Shown: positions 17,852-27,071 of the stretch, piece by piece
Layout of the letters: each line of letters opens with the position of its first letter
How positions within the stretch are numbered: the first letter of the stretch is position 1
Assembly (NCBI GenBank): GCA_038145765.1
Contig: JAYQQG010000003.1
Span: forward strand, 8,485-72,484
Direction of reading: 5' to 3'
Source: Verrucomicrobiales bacterium
GTDB lineage: Bacteria; Verrucomicrobiota; Verrucomicrobiia; Limisphaerales; UBA1100
DNA length: 64,000 nucleotides
The notes under the pieces: model-generated
Told to the model about the DNA's origin: nothing
Seen by the model: the letters and a program-made list of their open reading frames with translations, nothing else
Database searches by the model: none
Position numbers and translations under genes: made by a program

Positions 17852-19021
17852 TTACAAAGTTGCTCCGGCCGGTTGTTGCGGCACCGCCTGTAAGACCCGG
17901 TCGATAATATGATCCACCGTAATGCCTTCGGCTTCCGCATTGAAGGTCGGCACAATGCGGTGCCGCAGGACCGGATGAGCCAGTGCGGCAATATCTTCAG
18001 GCACTACATTAGGCCGGCCCTGCAAAATGGCCCGGACTTTGCCGCCTAAAATCAATTGCTGACAGGCACGCGGCCCCGGCCCCCAACTGATCAACTCCCG
18101 CGTAAACGGCAGGGCCTCGGCATCATCCGGCCGACAGCGTCGCACCAAATCCAATACGTAGGCATTCACGTGATCCGGTACCGGCACTTTGCGGACAATC
18201 TGCTGGCATTGGATGATTTCCTCGCCGTTGATCACCGACCGGATTGGATCATTGTGAATCCCGGTCGTGCGGCGGATGATCTCGGCCTCTTCATCTTTTT
18301 TTGGATAATTGACCTTGATGTGAAACATGAAACGGTCCTTCTGCGCCTCGGGCAACGGATAGGTACCCTCCTGTTCCACAGGGTTTTGGGTGGCTAATAC
18401 AAAAAACGGCTGCTCCAAACCGTACGTCTGGCCCCCCACCGTTACGGAATGCTCTTGCATGGCCTCGAGCAAGGCCGCCTGTGTTTTTGGAGGAGACCGG
18501 TTAATCTCATCCGCCAATACCAACTGGGCGAAAATCGGGCCGCGCAGGAAGACCAACTGCCGTCGCCCTTCGGCGTCCTGCTGGATCACATCCGTGCCGG
18601 TGATGTCCGCCGGCATCAGGTCGGGCGTAAACTGCACCCGGCGGAACGAAAGGTTCATGGCTTCGGACAGGCTTTTAATGGTGTACGTTTTGGCCAAACC
18701 CGGCACCCCTTCCAACAAACAATGGCTGCGGGCGAAGATGGCGATGAATAATTGTTCGATCACCTCGTGTTGGCCGACGATGGCTTTGCCGACCTCGGAC
18801 GCCATCTGACGGTAGACCGCCGCGATTTTGCGCGCCAACTCTTCATCGTTGGCTCCGGAAAATGTTTTCGACTGCGACGGCGAACTCGACGGTGCCGACG
18901 AACTGACCGATGGAACAACCAACAAGGTGTTACACGTCGGGCATTTAATTTGGGACCCCGCGGCAGTATCCTCCACCGTGAGGTCCATTGAGCAGGCCGG
19001 GCATTTAATAACCATCTCCAT
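17852..19021 (-). CDS. MoxR-family AAA+ ATPase with N-terminal zinc-ribbon
   Basis: 'CPAC...CPTC' ribbon followed by a Ser/Pro linker. AAA core with '[11 protein letters not shown]' (Walker A) and '[22 protein letters not shown]'. Confidence 0.9.
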   Translation of the reverse strand: MEMVIKCPACSMDLTVEDTAAGSQIKCPTCNTLLVVPSVSSSAPSSSPSQSKTFSGANDEELARKIAAVYRQMASEVGKAIVGQHEVIEQLFIAIFARSHCLLEGVPGLAKTYTIKSLSEAMNLSFRRVQFTPDLMPADITGTDVIQQDAEGRRQLVFLRGPIFAQLVLADEINRSPPKTQAALLEAMQEHSVTVGGQTYGLEQPFFVLATQNPVEQEGTYPLPEAQKDRFMFHIKVNYPKKDEEAEIIRRTTGIHNDPIRSVINGEEIIQCQQIVRKVPVPDHVNAYVLDLVRRCRPDDAEALPFTRELISWGPGPRACQQLILGGKVRAILQGRPNVVPEDIAALAHPVLRHRIVPTFNAEAEGITVDHIIDRVLQAVPQQPAGATL

Positions 19022-19084
19022 GGCGCTGAGACAATCTGCCCGCTTTTTACCCGAAACGCAACTGGCGAGTGCCCACAACCGGCT

Positions 19085-20566
19085 CTATTTCAATGGCTTC
19101 AGCGTGTAGGGATCGCGCAAAGGCACGTCTTTCAGTCCGCCGGGGGTAAGGCTCTCGATGGTAACCGGATGATCCGGGTGCCCTTTCAGAATTTCCTTTT
19201 TATTGCCCACCACCAGGATGGCCACCTTGTCCGGTGTGAGATATTTGGCGGCAACCCGCTGAATATCTTCCTTGGTCACCGCGGCGATTTTGTCGCGAAA
19301 GTTTTTGTAATAGGCTGGATCCTTCGCCAAACGCCCGGTGAATTCCTCACTGGCGAACGTGCCCGCCACGGCGGTTTTGGTCTCAAACGCCTGCGGAAAT
19401 GTCTGGATGTAACTGGCCTTGGCGGTTTCGATCTCCTTGTCGGTCACCTGTTCCTGCGTGATCTTGCGCATCTCCTCCAACACGATCTGGGCGGCATATA
19501 AAACTGTGCCGGATTTACTTTGGTACCCCGCCACAAACGTGCGCGGGAAATAGGTGCCGCCCGGGCAATAGGAATAGGCGCTGTAGGCCAATCCTTCGTC
19601 CGAACGCACCCGGTTGGTGATGCGACTGGTGAATCCGCCGCCGCCCAGGATGTCGTTCATGACCTGCACCGCGTAGTAGTCCGGATTATCCCGAAGGATA
19701 CCCGGCAGCATGATATCCACGCGCCCCTGATTCACCTCTTTATCCACGAGATACACGCCCGGCTTGGCAAACTGTTTATTGGTCGGCACCGGTTTGGCCG
19801 CCTGCCCTTGGTACGGCCACTTGGCAAATAACCGCTCAAGCTTGGCCACCATGGCCTGACGGTCGAAGTCACCACTCACCGCCACCACAAAATTACGCGG
19901 GTGAAACCAAGCCTGATGAAAGGCGCGCAAATCGGCCTCGGTGATCGATTCAATCGAAGCCTTGGTGGTGACTTGACTGCGGAAAAAATGATCGCCATAA
20001 GCGAGCCGGATAAGTTCCCGGCGCTCAATATTGCGCGAGTCGTCGTTACGCTGTTTCATCGCCTGAATCTGCTGGGTCTTGTACAGGTCCATCCGATCTT
20101 TCTGGAAACGTGGCACCGTCAGCACCTCGCGCAGCATCGCCAAGCCCTCATCCAAATCCTTGGACAACAGGTTCACACCAACGCTGCCGGAGGTATCCCC
20201 CACGCTGGACGACAAGCCCGCGGCCAGAAACGCCAACCGCTCCTCCAGTTCCTCCGCACTGTGATTTTTGGTGCCGCCCTTGCTGAGCAGATAACCGGTC
20301 ATGGCCGCGAGACCCTCTTTGCCTTTCGGTTCGTTAAATTTGCCCGTGCGCACGAGGATGGAGATACTGACCAAGGGCAGTTCGCGATTCGGCACGACAA
20401 ACGCCACGGGACCGCTCTTGAGCGGCACCCGGTACTCCTTGCCGGTGGGGGGGGCATAGGTGAGTTTGGGGAATTTTAATTGCTCCGGTCGTTCCGGGAT
20501 TTTGGCCGCCACGCCCGGCAATACCAGAGCCAGCAGCCATCCAAAAATAATCGTCTTATCATTCAT
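19085..20566 (-). CDS. M16 family peptidase-like protein (no HxxEH motif; probable non-catalytic subunit), secreted
   Basis: 493 aa with a signal peptide and M16 fold blocks. The HxxEH position reads 'LAAMTGYLLSKG'. Confidence 0.8.
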   Translation of the reverse strand: MNDKTIIFGWLLALVLPGVAAKIPERPEQLKFPKLTYAPPTGKEYRVPLKSGPVAFVVPNRELPLVSISILVRTGKFNEPKGKEGLAAMTGYLLSKGGTKNHSAEELEERLAFLAAGLSSSVGDTSGSVGVNLLSKDLDEGLAMLREVLTVPRFQKDRMDLYKTQQIQAMKQRNDDSRNIERRELIRLAYGDHFFRSQVTTKASIESITEADLRAFHQAWFHPRNFVVAVSGDFDRQAMVAKLERLFAKWPYQGQAAKPVPTNKQFAKPGVYLVDKEVNQGRVDIMLPGILRDNPDYYAVQVMNDILGGGGFTSRITNRVRSDEGLAYSAYSYCPGGTYFPRTFVAGYQSKSGTVLYAAQIVLEEMRKITQEQVTDKEIETAKASYIQTFPQAFETKTAVAGTFASEEFTGRLAKDPAYYKNFRDKIAAVTKEDIQRVAAKYLTPDKVAILVVGNKKEILKGHPDHPVTIESLTPGGLKDVPLRDPYTLKPLK

Positions 20567-20584
20567 CGGGTAAATTCGTTCGGG

Positions 20585-22309
20585 TTATTTCTTTTCCAGT
20601 TCAGCGATTCGCTTGCGCAGCACATTGCGGATCACCTTCATGACCGGCGGTGCCTTGGCGCCCGCCTGTTCCATCTGCGCCTCCAGACCGGCCAGTTGTT
20701 TCTTCAGCTCGTCCAGATTATTGTTTGCGTTGATGCTGCTGCTCATCTTGCGGGCCATCGCCTTGGATTGCGCATCCAGCCCGGCCAACAACGGATCGTC
20801 GCCCGCGCCCCCCGTGCCCGGTTTGCGGGTGTACACGGCTACCGCGCGGTTTTCCTTGGTGAAATATTTTTTGGCCACGCGCTGTAAATCAGCGGGCGTC
20901 ACCGCCTGTATCTTCGGACCGGCCTCATTGATTTCACGCCAGTTTCCCAGCCCTTCGCTGCGCATGATCTGCATCAGGATCGGGTGATTGGAACTCAGCC
21001 GCCGATATTCCGCAGCGGCAAAGTTGTTCTTCACCTTTTGCAACTCCTTTTCGGGCACGGGCTCGTTTTTGATCTGCTCAATCAACCGGTATATCTCCTG
21101 CTCGGCCATCTCCGGCGTGTTGCCCTCGGTGATCTCCGCGCCCATGTTAAATTCGCCCGCATACTTGCGAGCGCCCTGCCAAGCCCAGGTGTCGGTGGCC
21201 AGTTTCTTGCCGAGCACGAGTTCCTTGTGCAGCCGGCCGGTGCGTGTGCTGAGCACCTGCGCAAGCACACTGAGCGGATAGGTGTCCTTGTGGCCGAATG
21301 CCGGTGTGTGCCAGTAAATGTCGATGTTCGGGTTGGTTTCCGCTTCCGCATAAAAACGTTTCTCGGCCTTTTGCGGTTGCTCCAGTGTCACCACATCCGG
21401 CGGCAATCCCTGGCCTTTCTGGAGCCGGCCAAAATATTTTTCCGCCATGGCCAGAGCCGGTTTGCCTTTGAAATCGCCCACCAACACGAGCGTCAGATTT
21501 TGCGGCATGTAATAGGTTGCATAAAAGGCGTCAGCCTGTTTTTTCGAGATCGCCGGAATGTCCGACGGCCAGCCAATGATCGGCCAACTGTACGGGTGCG
21601 ATTCCCAAAAGAGTGAGTTAAAGCTTTCGAAGAATTTCCCCAGCGGCGTGCTTTCCGTCCGCATGCGGCGCTCCTCAAACACGACATCGCGCTCCGCATA
21701 AAACTCGCGGAACACCGGCCGCAATAACCGTTCGCTCTCCATCCACATGAACAGCTCCAGCTTGTTCGCCGGTACGGTGATGAAATACGCCGTGTGATCG
21801 TAACTCGTGTAGGCATTCATCCGGCTGCCGCCGTTGGCCGTATAGATGCGGTCAAACTCGTTCTTCACGATCACCTCCCGATGAGCCTCCACGAGCTTCT
21901 TGAATTCCTCATTCAACCGATTCCATTCAGCGGTCTTTTGCTCCGGATCCTGCAGGTCCGTGATCTCACCCCGGCGCCACATGGCACGCATCCGACGTTC
22001 CTCCGCGCGCATCGCGTCGCGCACCTTTTCCTGCGCGGCGATGATTTCCTGATCCTTTTTGTAATCCTTGGTCCCAATGGTCGGCGTGCCCTTGAACATC
22101 ATGTGCTCAAACAAGTGCGCCATGCCGGTGATGCCGGGCCGTTCGTTCACACTGCCCACCCGGGCCACCCAGCCGCCGGAAATGCTCGGGGCATCGTTGC
22201 GCTCAAGCAACAGCACCTTCATGCCGTTGGAGAGAAAATGCTCTTTGACCGCCACCTGCTGCGCGCCCAGCAACAGCGGAAACAGGAATAAACCCAATAG
22301 AATTCTCAT
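20585..22309 (-). CDS. M16 family zinc peptidase (pitrilysin-like, catalytic), secreted
   Basis: Signal peptide; 'GMAHLFEHMMFKGT' carries HxxEH; C-terminal Lys/Glu-rich coiled tail. Confidence 0.85.
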   Translation of the reverse strand: MRILLGLFLFPLLLGAQQVAVKEHFLSNGMKVLLLERNDAPSISGGWVARVGSVNERPGITGMAHLFEHMMFKGTPTIGTKDYKKDQEIIAAQEKVRDAMRAEERRMRAMWRRGEITDLQDPEQKTAEWNRLNEEFKKLVEAHREVIVKNEFDRIYTANGGSRMNAYTSYDHTAYFITVPANKLELFMWMESERLLRPVFREFYAERDVVFEERRMRTESTPLGKFFESFNSLFWESHPYSWPIIGWPSDIPAISKKQADAFYATYYMPQNLTLVLVGDFKGKPALAMAEKYFGRLQKGQGLPPDVVTLEQPQKAEKRFYAEAETNPNIDIYWHTPAFGHKDTYPLSVLAQVLSTRTGRLHKELVLGKKLATDTWAWQGARKYAGEFNMGAEITEGNTPEMAEQEIYRLIEQIKNEPVPEKELQKVKNNFAAAEYRRLSSNHPILMQIMRSEGLGNWREINEAGPKIQAVTPADLQRVAKKYFTKENRAVAVYTRKPGTGGAGDDPLLAGLDAQSKAMARKMSSSINANNNLDELKKQLAGLEAQMEQAGAKAPPVMKVIRNVLRKRIAELEKK

Positions 22310-22420
22310 GATACGCCGGAGAGCAGACCACCCCCAACCGCAGGCGTCAACGGGGAAACGTGTCCGGGCGCGCTTCAGCTGCGGGGTTGTCTCGATCCAC
22401 GGTTCAACCTAGGGTTTGGC

Positions 22421-23821
22421 GTGCGCATTTTATGTTTTTTCTTGGTCCATTCCATGGCGATGGCCGCCGACACGCCCGCGCAGGCGAGGAGTGCCATGCT
22501 CAATGGCGCCCAATATCTGCGGTCCATCTCGGCTGAGGGCGGGTATCTGTGGCGGTACTCGTTGGATCTCAAGCTCGTCTCCGGCGAAGGCCGCGCCACG
22601 CGCACGATGCAATGGCTGCAGCCGCCGGGCACGCCTTCCGTAGGCATGGCCTTGTTGGAGGCGTATCAACGCACTGGAGAAAAGGCGCTGCTCGATCATG
22701 CGTTGGCTGCCGGCGCCGCCTTGGCCGCCGCCCAACTACCCAGTGGCGGCTGGAATTACAGTTTTGATTTCAGCGACCCCGCACGTTCGAAGCGGCGCAA
22801 TATTTCCACCTTCGACGACAACACCTCGCAAAGCTGCCTGCGCTTTCTGCTCTTGCTCGGTGAAGTGGCAACGGGCAACACCGCGCGCGAACGCGCCATT
22901 CGCCACGCGCGCGACTTGGGCCTGCGCAAACTATTGGAGGCCCAGTACCCCAACGGCGCCTGGCCGCAGCGCTATGATGGTGTGCCCAAGGTCGCCAAGG
23001 ATTTCCCCGTGCTCAAGGCGCGATATCCCAAGACGTGGTCGCGCACGTATCCCAAAGCCAACTACATCAACCATTACACCTTCAACGACAACTCCCATCG
23101 CGACTGTGTGCTCCTGGCGCTCGAAGCCCACCGGGTGACGGGCGATTTGAAATATCTGCAGGCGGCCCGGCGCGGCGGCGATTTCATTTTGCTCGCGCAA
23201 ATGCCCGAACCGCAACCGGCCTGGGCCCAGCAGTACAACGCCCGCATGGAACCCGCCTGGGCGCGAAAATTCGAGCCGCCTTCGATTACCGGTGGCGAAA
23301 GTGTCGGCGCCTGCCGCACGCTGATCGAGCTGTATCTGGTGACCGGCGATACAAAATATTTCCGCGCCGTCGACGCGGCTGTGAAATGGTACCGCCGCTC
23401 CGCCATTGCCCCCGGCAAGTGGGCGCGTTTTTACGAACTGCAAACCAATCGTCCGCTCTACTTCACCAAGGATTATCGGCTCACCTACCGCGATAACGAT
23501 CTGCCAACCCATTACAGCTTCCAAAGCTCCTACGGGGTCGAGAGCATGATCCGTTTTTATGAAGCGGTGAAAAAGACCGGGCGCTCCGCGTGGATGGATT
23601 CTCAAAAGGCCAAACCGCTCTCAGCCGCCCAACGAACTGCGCGTGCCAAAGGCATGGAGAAAAAAGTCCGCTTCCTAATCGCCGCTCAAGATCAGCAAGG
23701 CCGCTGGATTACGCGCGGCAAACTTGAGACCCGCGGCATGACCTTCGGAGATCGCGTCGAAACTCGCGAGTTCATCCAGAACCTCGGCGTGCTTGCCGAA
23801 TATTTGTCGTTGCTCAAGTAA
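22421..23821 (+). CDS. PelA/Pel-15E (PL10)-like pectate lyase family protein, secreted
   Basis: Signal peptide. 'EAQYPNGAWPQRY', 'YTFNDNSHRDCVLLAL' and 'WARFYELQTNRPLYF' resemble PL10 signature blocks. This assignment is from memory. Confidence 0.5.
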   Translation: MRILCFFLVHSMAMAADTPAQARSAMLNGAQYLRSISAEGGYLWRYSLDLKLVSGEGRATRTMQWLQPPGTPSVGMALLEAYQRTGEKALLDHALAAGAALAAAQLPSGGWNYSFDFSDPARSKRRNISTFDDNTSQSCLRFLLLLGEVATGNTARERAIRHARDLGLRKLLEAQYPNGAWPQRYDGVPKVAKDFPVLKARYPKTWSRTYPKANYINHYTFNDNSHRDCVLLALEAHRVTGDLKYLQAARRGGDFILLAQMPEPQPAWAQQYNARMEPAWARKFEPPSITGGESVGACRTLIELYLVTGDTKYFRAVDAAVKWYRRSAIAPGKWARFYELQTNRPLYFTKDYRLTYRDNDLPTHYSFQSSYGVESMIRFYEAVKKTGRSAWMDSQKAKPLSAAQRTARAKGMEKKVRFLIAAQDQQGRWITRGKLETRGMTFGDRVETREFIQNLGVLAEYLSLLK

Positions 23822-23845
23822 CCCTCTCCCGTCCACGCTTCCCTC

Positions 23846-24994
23846 ATGAAACGCCGCGTGTATCTGGATCACCTTGCTGGCGGGCCTTGGGCCCCCGAGG
23901 TATGCGATGCGATGCGGCCCTGGCTCGGGGACCAATTCGGCAGCGCCGGCTCCCTGCACCGACACGGCCTCAAGGCGCGTGAAGCGATCGAAACGGCCGC
24001 TGGCCAGTGCGCGGCATTGATCGGTTCCTCACCGGACCACATCCTTTTCACCAGTTCCGGCACCGAGGCCAACAACCTCGCGATCAAAGGCGTTGCGGAG
24101 GCCCAACGCGAACGTGGCAATCACCTGATTTTATCCAACATCGAGCACCCGTCCATCGATCAATCCTTCGCGTGGCTCGAACAGCACGGTTTCACCGCCA
24201 CCCGTGTGCCGGTTGACGACAAGGGCCGCTTGTCACCTGCCGCTGTGGCAGAGGCGATTACCGACCAAACCATCCTGATCGCCACGCATCACGCCAACCA
24301 CGATCTCGGCACTGTTCAGGACATCACGGCGCTTGGAGCCCTGTCGAATGAACGCGGGATTCCGGTGCTGATTGATGCCACCGCGAGCGGCGGTTGGCTG
24401 CCGACGAATGTCGTGGAGACCCACATCTCCCTGTTAACCTTGGCCCCGCACCGCTTCGGGGGCCCGCAGGGCGTCGGCGTGCTTTATCGCAATCCGCGCG
24501 TGCCTCTGGCGTCACTTTTACATGGCGGCGTGCAACAGGACGGGCTGCGGGCGGGCACGGAAAATATCTCGGCGATTGTCGGGGCTGGCGCCGCGGCCGC
24601 CTTGCCCCCGGTTGATTTGGCTCCGCTCCAACTGCAACTGCACGCCGGTCTGTTGGAATGCATTAACCACATCGTTCTGAACGGTCCCGAGCCCGGGCCG
24701 GAGCGGTTGGCGACTCAATTAAACTACTCCATCGCCGGGCTCGAAGGCGAAGGGCTGGCACTGGCGTTAGACATGCAGGGCATCGCGATTGCCAGCGGCG
24801 CGGCGTGCGTCACCCAAAACACCGCTGTTCCCCCGGCCCTTGCCGCGATCGGGCTTGACGCCGCCCAAGCCAAGGGCAACGTTCTCCTCTCCCTAGGCCG
24901 CGACACGTCGGCCGCGGACATCGACCATGTGCTGGAGATCTTCCCCAAGCAGGTCGACAAGCTCCGCTCCCTGTCGCCGGCGTGGGATGCCTAG
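23846..24994 (+). CDS. Cysteine desulfurase-like class V aminotransferase paralog lacking the PLP lysine
   Basis: Collinear with NifS/IscS ('FTSSGTEANNLAI', 'RAGTEN', 'ASGAACV'). However, 'APHRFGGPQG' replaces the 'HK(F/I)xGPKG' block, and 'YLDHLAGGP' replaces 'YLDxxATTP'. Confidence 0.75.
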   Translation: MKRRVYLDHLAGGPWAPEVCDAMRPWLGDQFGSAGSLHRHGLKAREAIETAAGQCAALIGSSPDHILFTSSGTEANNLAIKGVAEAQRERGNHLILSNIEHPSIDQSFAWLEQHGFTATRVPVDDKGRLSPAAVAEAITDQTILIATHHANHDLGTVQDITALGALSNERGIPVLIDATASGGWLPTNVVETHISLLTLAPHRFGGPQGVGVLYRNPRVPLASLLHGGVQQDGLRAGTENISAIVGAGAAAALPPVDLAPLQLQLHAGLLECINHIVLNGPEPGPERLATQLNYSIAGLEGEGLALALDMQGIAIASGAACVTQNTAVPPALAAIGLDAAQAKGNVLLSLGRDTSAADIDHVLEIFPKQVDKLRSLSPAWDA

Positions 24995-25028
24995 ATCTGC
25001 GGGTAGAGCGGATCGGCAGCACATACAA

Positions 25029-26069
25029 ATGAATCTCGAAGAACAAATTCAGGAGGCCCTCGAGGGCGTGAATTATCCGGGCTACTCGCGCGACATCGTG
25101 TCGTTCGGGCTGGTGAAAGGGGTGGCGGCCGCCAATGGATCGGCGGGGATTGATCTCGAGCTCACCACGCACAATCCCGAGGTAGCCGCGCAGTTGAAAG
25201 CCGAGTGCGAGGCGGCGGCGAAATCGGTGGAGGGCATTGAACGCGCAATGGTGCAGGTGAAGATGCCGCCGGCCGGTCAAGCCCCGGCGGGCGGCGGGCA
25301 AGCCAAGCCCAACAGGATTCCCGGCATTAATAAAATCATCGCTGTGGCGTCTGGCAAAGGGGGCGTGGGCAAGAGCACCTGCTCAGTGAACCTCGCCTGT
25401 GCGCTGGCGCAGACCGGGGGTGAAGTGGGTTTGCTTGATTGTGATATTTATGGCCCGAGCGTGCCCTTGATGATGGGTGTAAACGAACGGCCCATGGTGA
25501 GCCCGGAGGAAAAGCTCGTGCCGTTGATGAACCATGGCGTGAAGCTGATGAGTATGGGCTTTCTGCTCGAGGGCGATCAGCCGGTCATTTGGCGCGGGCC
25601 GATGATCATGAAGACCATTCAGCAGTTTGTCATGCAGGTGGACTGGGGCACGCTGGATTATTTGCTGGTGGATCTGCCGCCGGGCACAGGTGACGCGCAG
25701 TTGTCGCTGTGCCAAACGGTGCCGCTGGATGGCGGGGTGGTGGTGACCACGCCGCAAGAGGCATCGCTCGGGGTGGTCCGCAAAGGCATCGCGATGTTTG
25801 AGCGGGTGAACGTGCCGCTTCTGGGCATTGTGGAAAACATGAGTTACTTCACCGCGCCAGGCGGTGAGCGGGTGGAGATTTTCGGCCACGGCGGCGGGGC
25901 GGCCGAGGCGCAAAATCAGGGCACCACTTTTCTGGGCGAGGTGCCGATTTTCACAGAAATCCGTGAAGGCGGCGATGCCGGCGTGCCAGTGGTGGTCAGC
26001 GCGCCTGAAAGCGCTCCAGCCAAGGCGTTTGCCGAAGTCGCAGCCACCCTCCGCGAAGTGCTCGACTAG
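25029..26069 (+). CDS. mrp: Mrp/NBP35/ApbC family Fe-S cluster carrier ATPase
   Basis: DUF59-like N-terminus, 'IAVASGKGGVGKST' deviant Walker A, and 'LLVDLPPGTGD'. Start at ATG 25029. Confidence 0.9.
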   Translation: MNLEEQIQEALEGVNYPGYSRDIVSFGLVKGVAAANGSAGIDLELTTHNPEVAAQLKAECEAAAKSVEGIERAMVQVKMPPAGQAPAGGGQAKPNRIPGINKIIAVASGKGGVGKSTCSVNLACALAQTGGEVGLLDCDIYGPSVPLMMGVNERPMVSPEEKLVPLMNHGVKLMSMGFLLEGDQPVIWRGPMIMKTIQQFVMQVDWGTLDYLLVDLPPGTGDAQLSLCQTVPLDGGVVVTTPQEASLGVVRKGIAMFERVNVPLLGIVENMSYFTAPGGERVEIFGHGGGAAEAQNQGTTFLGEVPIFTEIREGGDAGVPVVVSAPESAPAKAFAEVAATLREVLD

Positions 26070-26205
26070 GGTTTATTCCCGCTATTCACCGGTTATTCAC
26101 CGGCGAATCCCAGTTTTTCGGCCTGTAATTTGCGTTTTTTCCGCAATAATGTATTGTTTTCAATGAAGGGTTCGTGTACGCAACACGTCCCATTGGAACA
26201 CGCTG

Positions 26206-26418
26206 ATGGCGATATCGGGTACATCCAGTGATTTGCTGAAGAATTCCACGCTTTACCGGGAGTTTCTGGCGGAGCGCGAGGAGATTCTCCGGCATAAATG
26301 GCTGGAATCCGAGAAAGCCGGCACGGACATTGGCTTTGAGCAGGCGCTGACCGACTGGATGGTGAATCACCGCTCCCAGTGGCGCAAACGCCGCCAAGCC
26401 GAACGCGCCTCGGCGTAA
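26206..26418 (+). CDS. Small conserved-looking hypothetical protein
   Basis: 70 aa with 'HKWLESEKAGTDIGFEQALTDWMVNH'. No family assigned. Confidence 0.4.
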   Translation: MAISGTSSDLLKNSTLYREFLAEREEILRHKWLESEKAGTDIGFEQALTDWMVNHRSQWRKRRQAERASA

Positions 26419-26444
26419 TCGAACAGACAATTTGAACGCCCTTT

Positions 26445-26470
26445 AAGGCGGTCCCGCGAGGCCGCCAAGG
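26445..26470 (+). promoter_or_regulatory. PyrR-binding hairpin (anti-antiterminator) in the pyrR leader
   Basis: Stem GGCGG/CCGCC (26447-51 / 26462-66) with loop UCCCGCGAGG, followed by AAGG. It resembles the PyrR binding-loop consensus (UCCAGAGAGG loop) and lies directly upstream of pyrR. Confidence 0.6.
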
Positions 26471-26505
26471 TCGATGAAACAAAACGGATCAACCCCGCGT
26501 TGGCT

Positions 26506-26537
26506 CCGCGCACAGGCGCGGCTGCGCGGCTTTTTTT
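26506..26537 (+). terminator. Intrinsic terminator/attenuator abutting the pyrR start codon
   Basis: Stem CCGCGCA (26506-12) / TGCGCGG (26523-29) followed by C + T7 (26531-37). The pyrR ATG is at 26538. Confidence 0.6.
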
Positions 26538-27071
26538 ATGGCTGAGGAACGCACCGTGTTGGAGGCGGCCGATCTCGGTCGCGCGTGGCGCCGCGTGGCG
26601 CATGAAATTGTCGAGGCGCAGGCCGATGGCAGCTCGCTGATGCTCGTGGGCATCCAACGCGGCGGCGTGGCCCTCGCCCAGCAACTCGGTGAGACGCTTG
26701 GCACACTGTACGGCGCGCCGGTGGCCACCGGCACCGTGGAGCCCGGCCTCCACCGCGACGACCTTTCCCAACGCGGCATGAGTGAACTGCACCCCACGGA
26801 ATTGCCCGGCGATCTCGCCGGCCAGACGGTCGTGCTCGTTGATGATGTGCTCTCCACCGGCCGCACCGTGCGCGCCTCCATCGACGCCCTGCTCGGTTTC
26901 GGCCGGCCCAAGTGCATCCGGCTCGCCGTGCTCATTGACCGCGGCCATCGCGAGCTGCCCATCCGGCCGGATTTTGTCGGCAAAAATTTACCCACCCACA
27001 CGGACGAACGTGTGGAAGTGCGCTGCGACGATCGTGGCGCGCCCCAGGCCGTGGTCCTCCAATCCCCATGA
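26538..27071 (+). CDS. pyrR: Bifunctional pyrimidine operon regulator / uracil phosphoribosyltransferase PyrR
   Basis: 177 aa with '[21 protein letters not shown]' (PRPP motif), a typical PyrR length, and a 4-nt overlap with pyrB. Confidence 0.9.
   Translation: MAEERTVLEAADLGRAWRRVAHEIVEAQADGSSLMLVGIQRGGVALAQQLGETLGTLYGAPVATGTVEPGLHRDDLSQRGMSELHPTELPGDLAGQTVVLVDDVLSTGRTVRASIDALLGFGRPKCIRLAVLIDRGHRELPIRPDFVGKNLPTHTDERVEVRCDDRGAPQAVVLQSP

Noticed and set aside
26083-26103. Tandem direct repeat TATTCACCGG(T)-TATTCACCGG downstream of mrp
   Set aside because: It has only two short copies and no obvious associated promoter or gene, which is too little to call an operator or repeat family.
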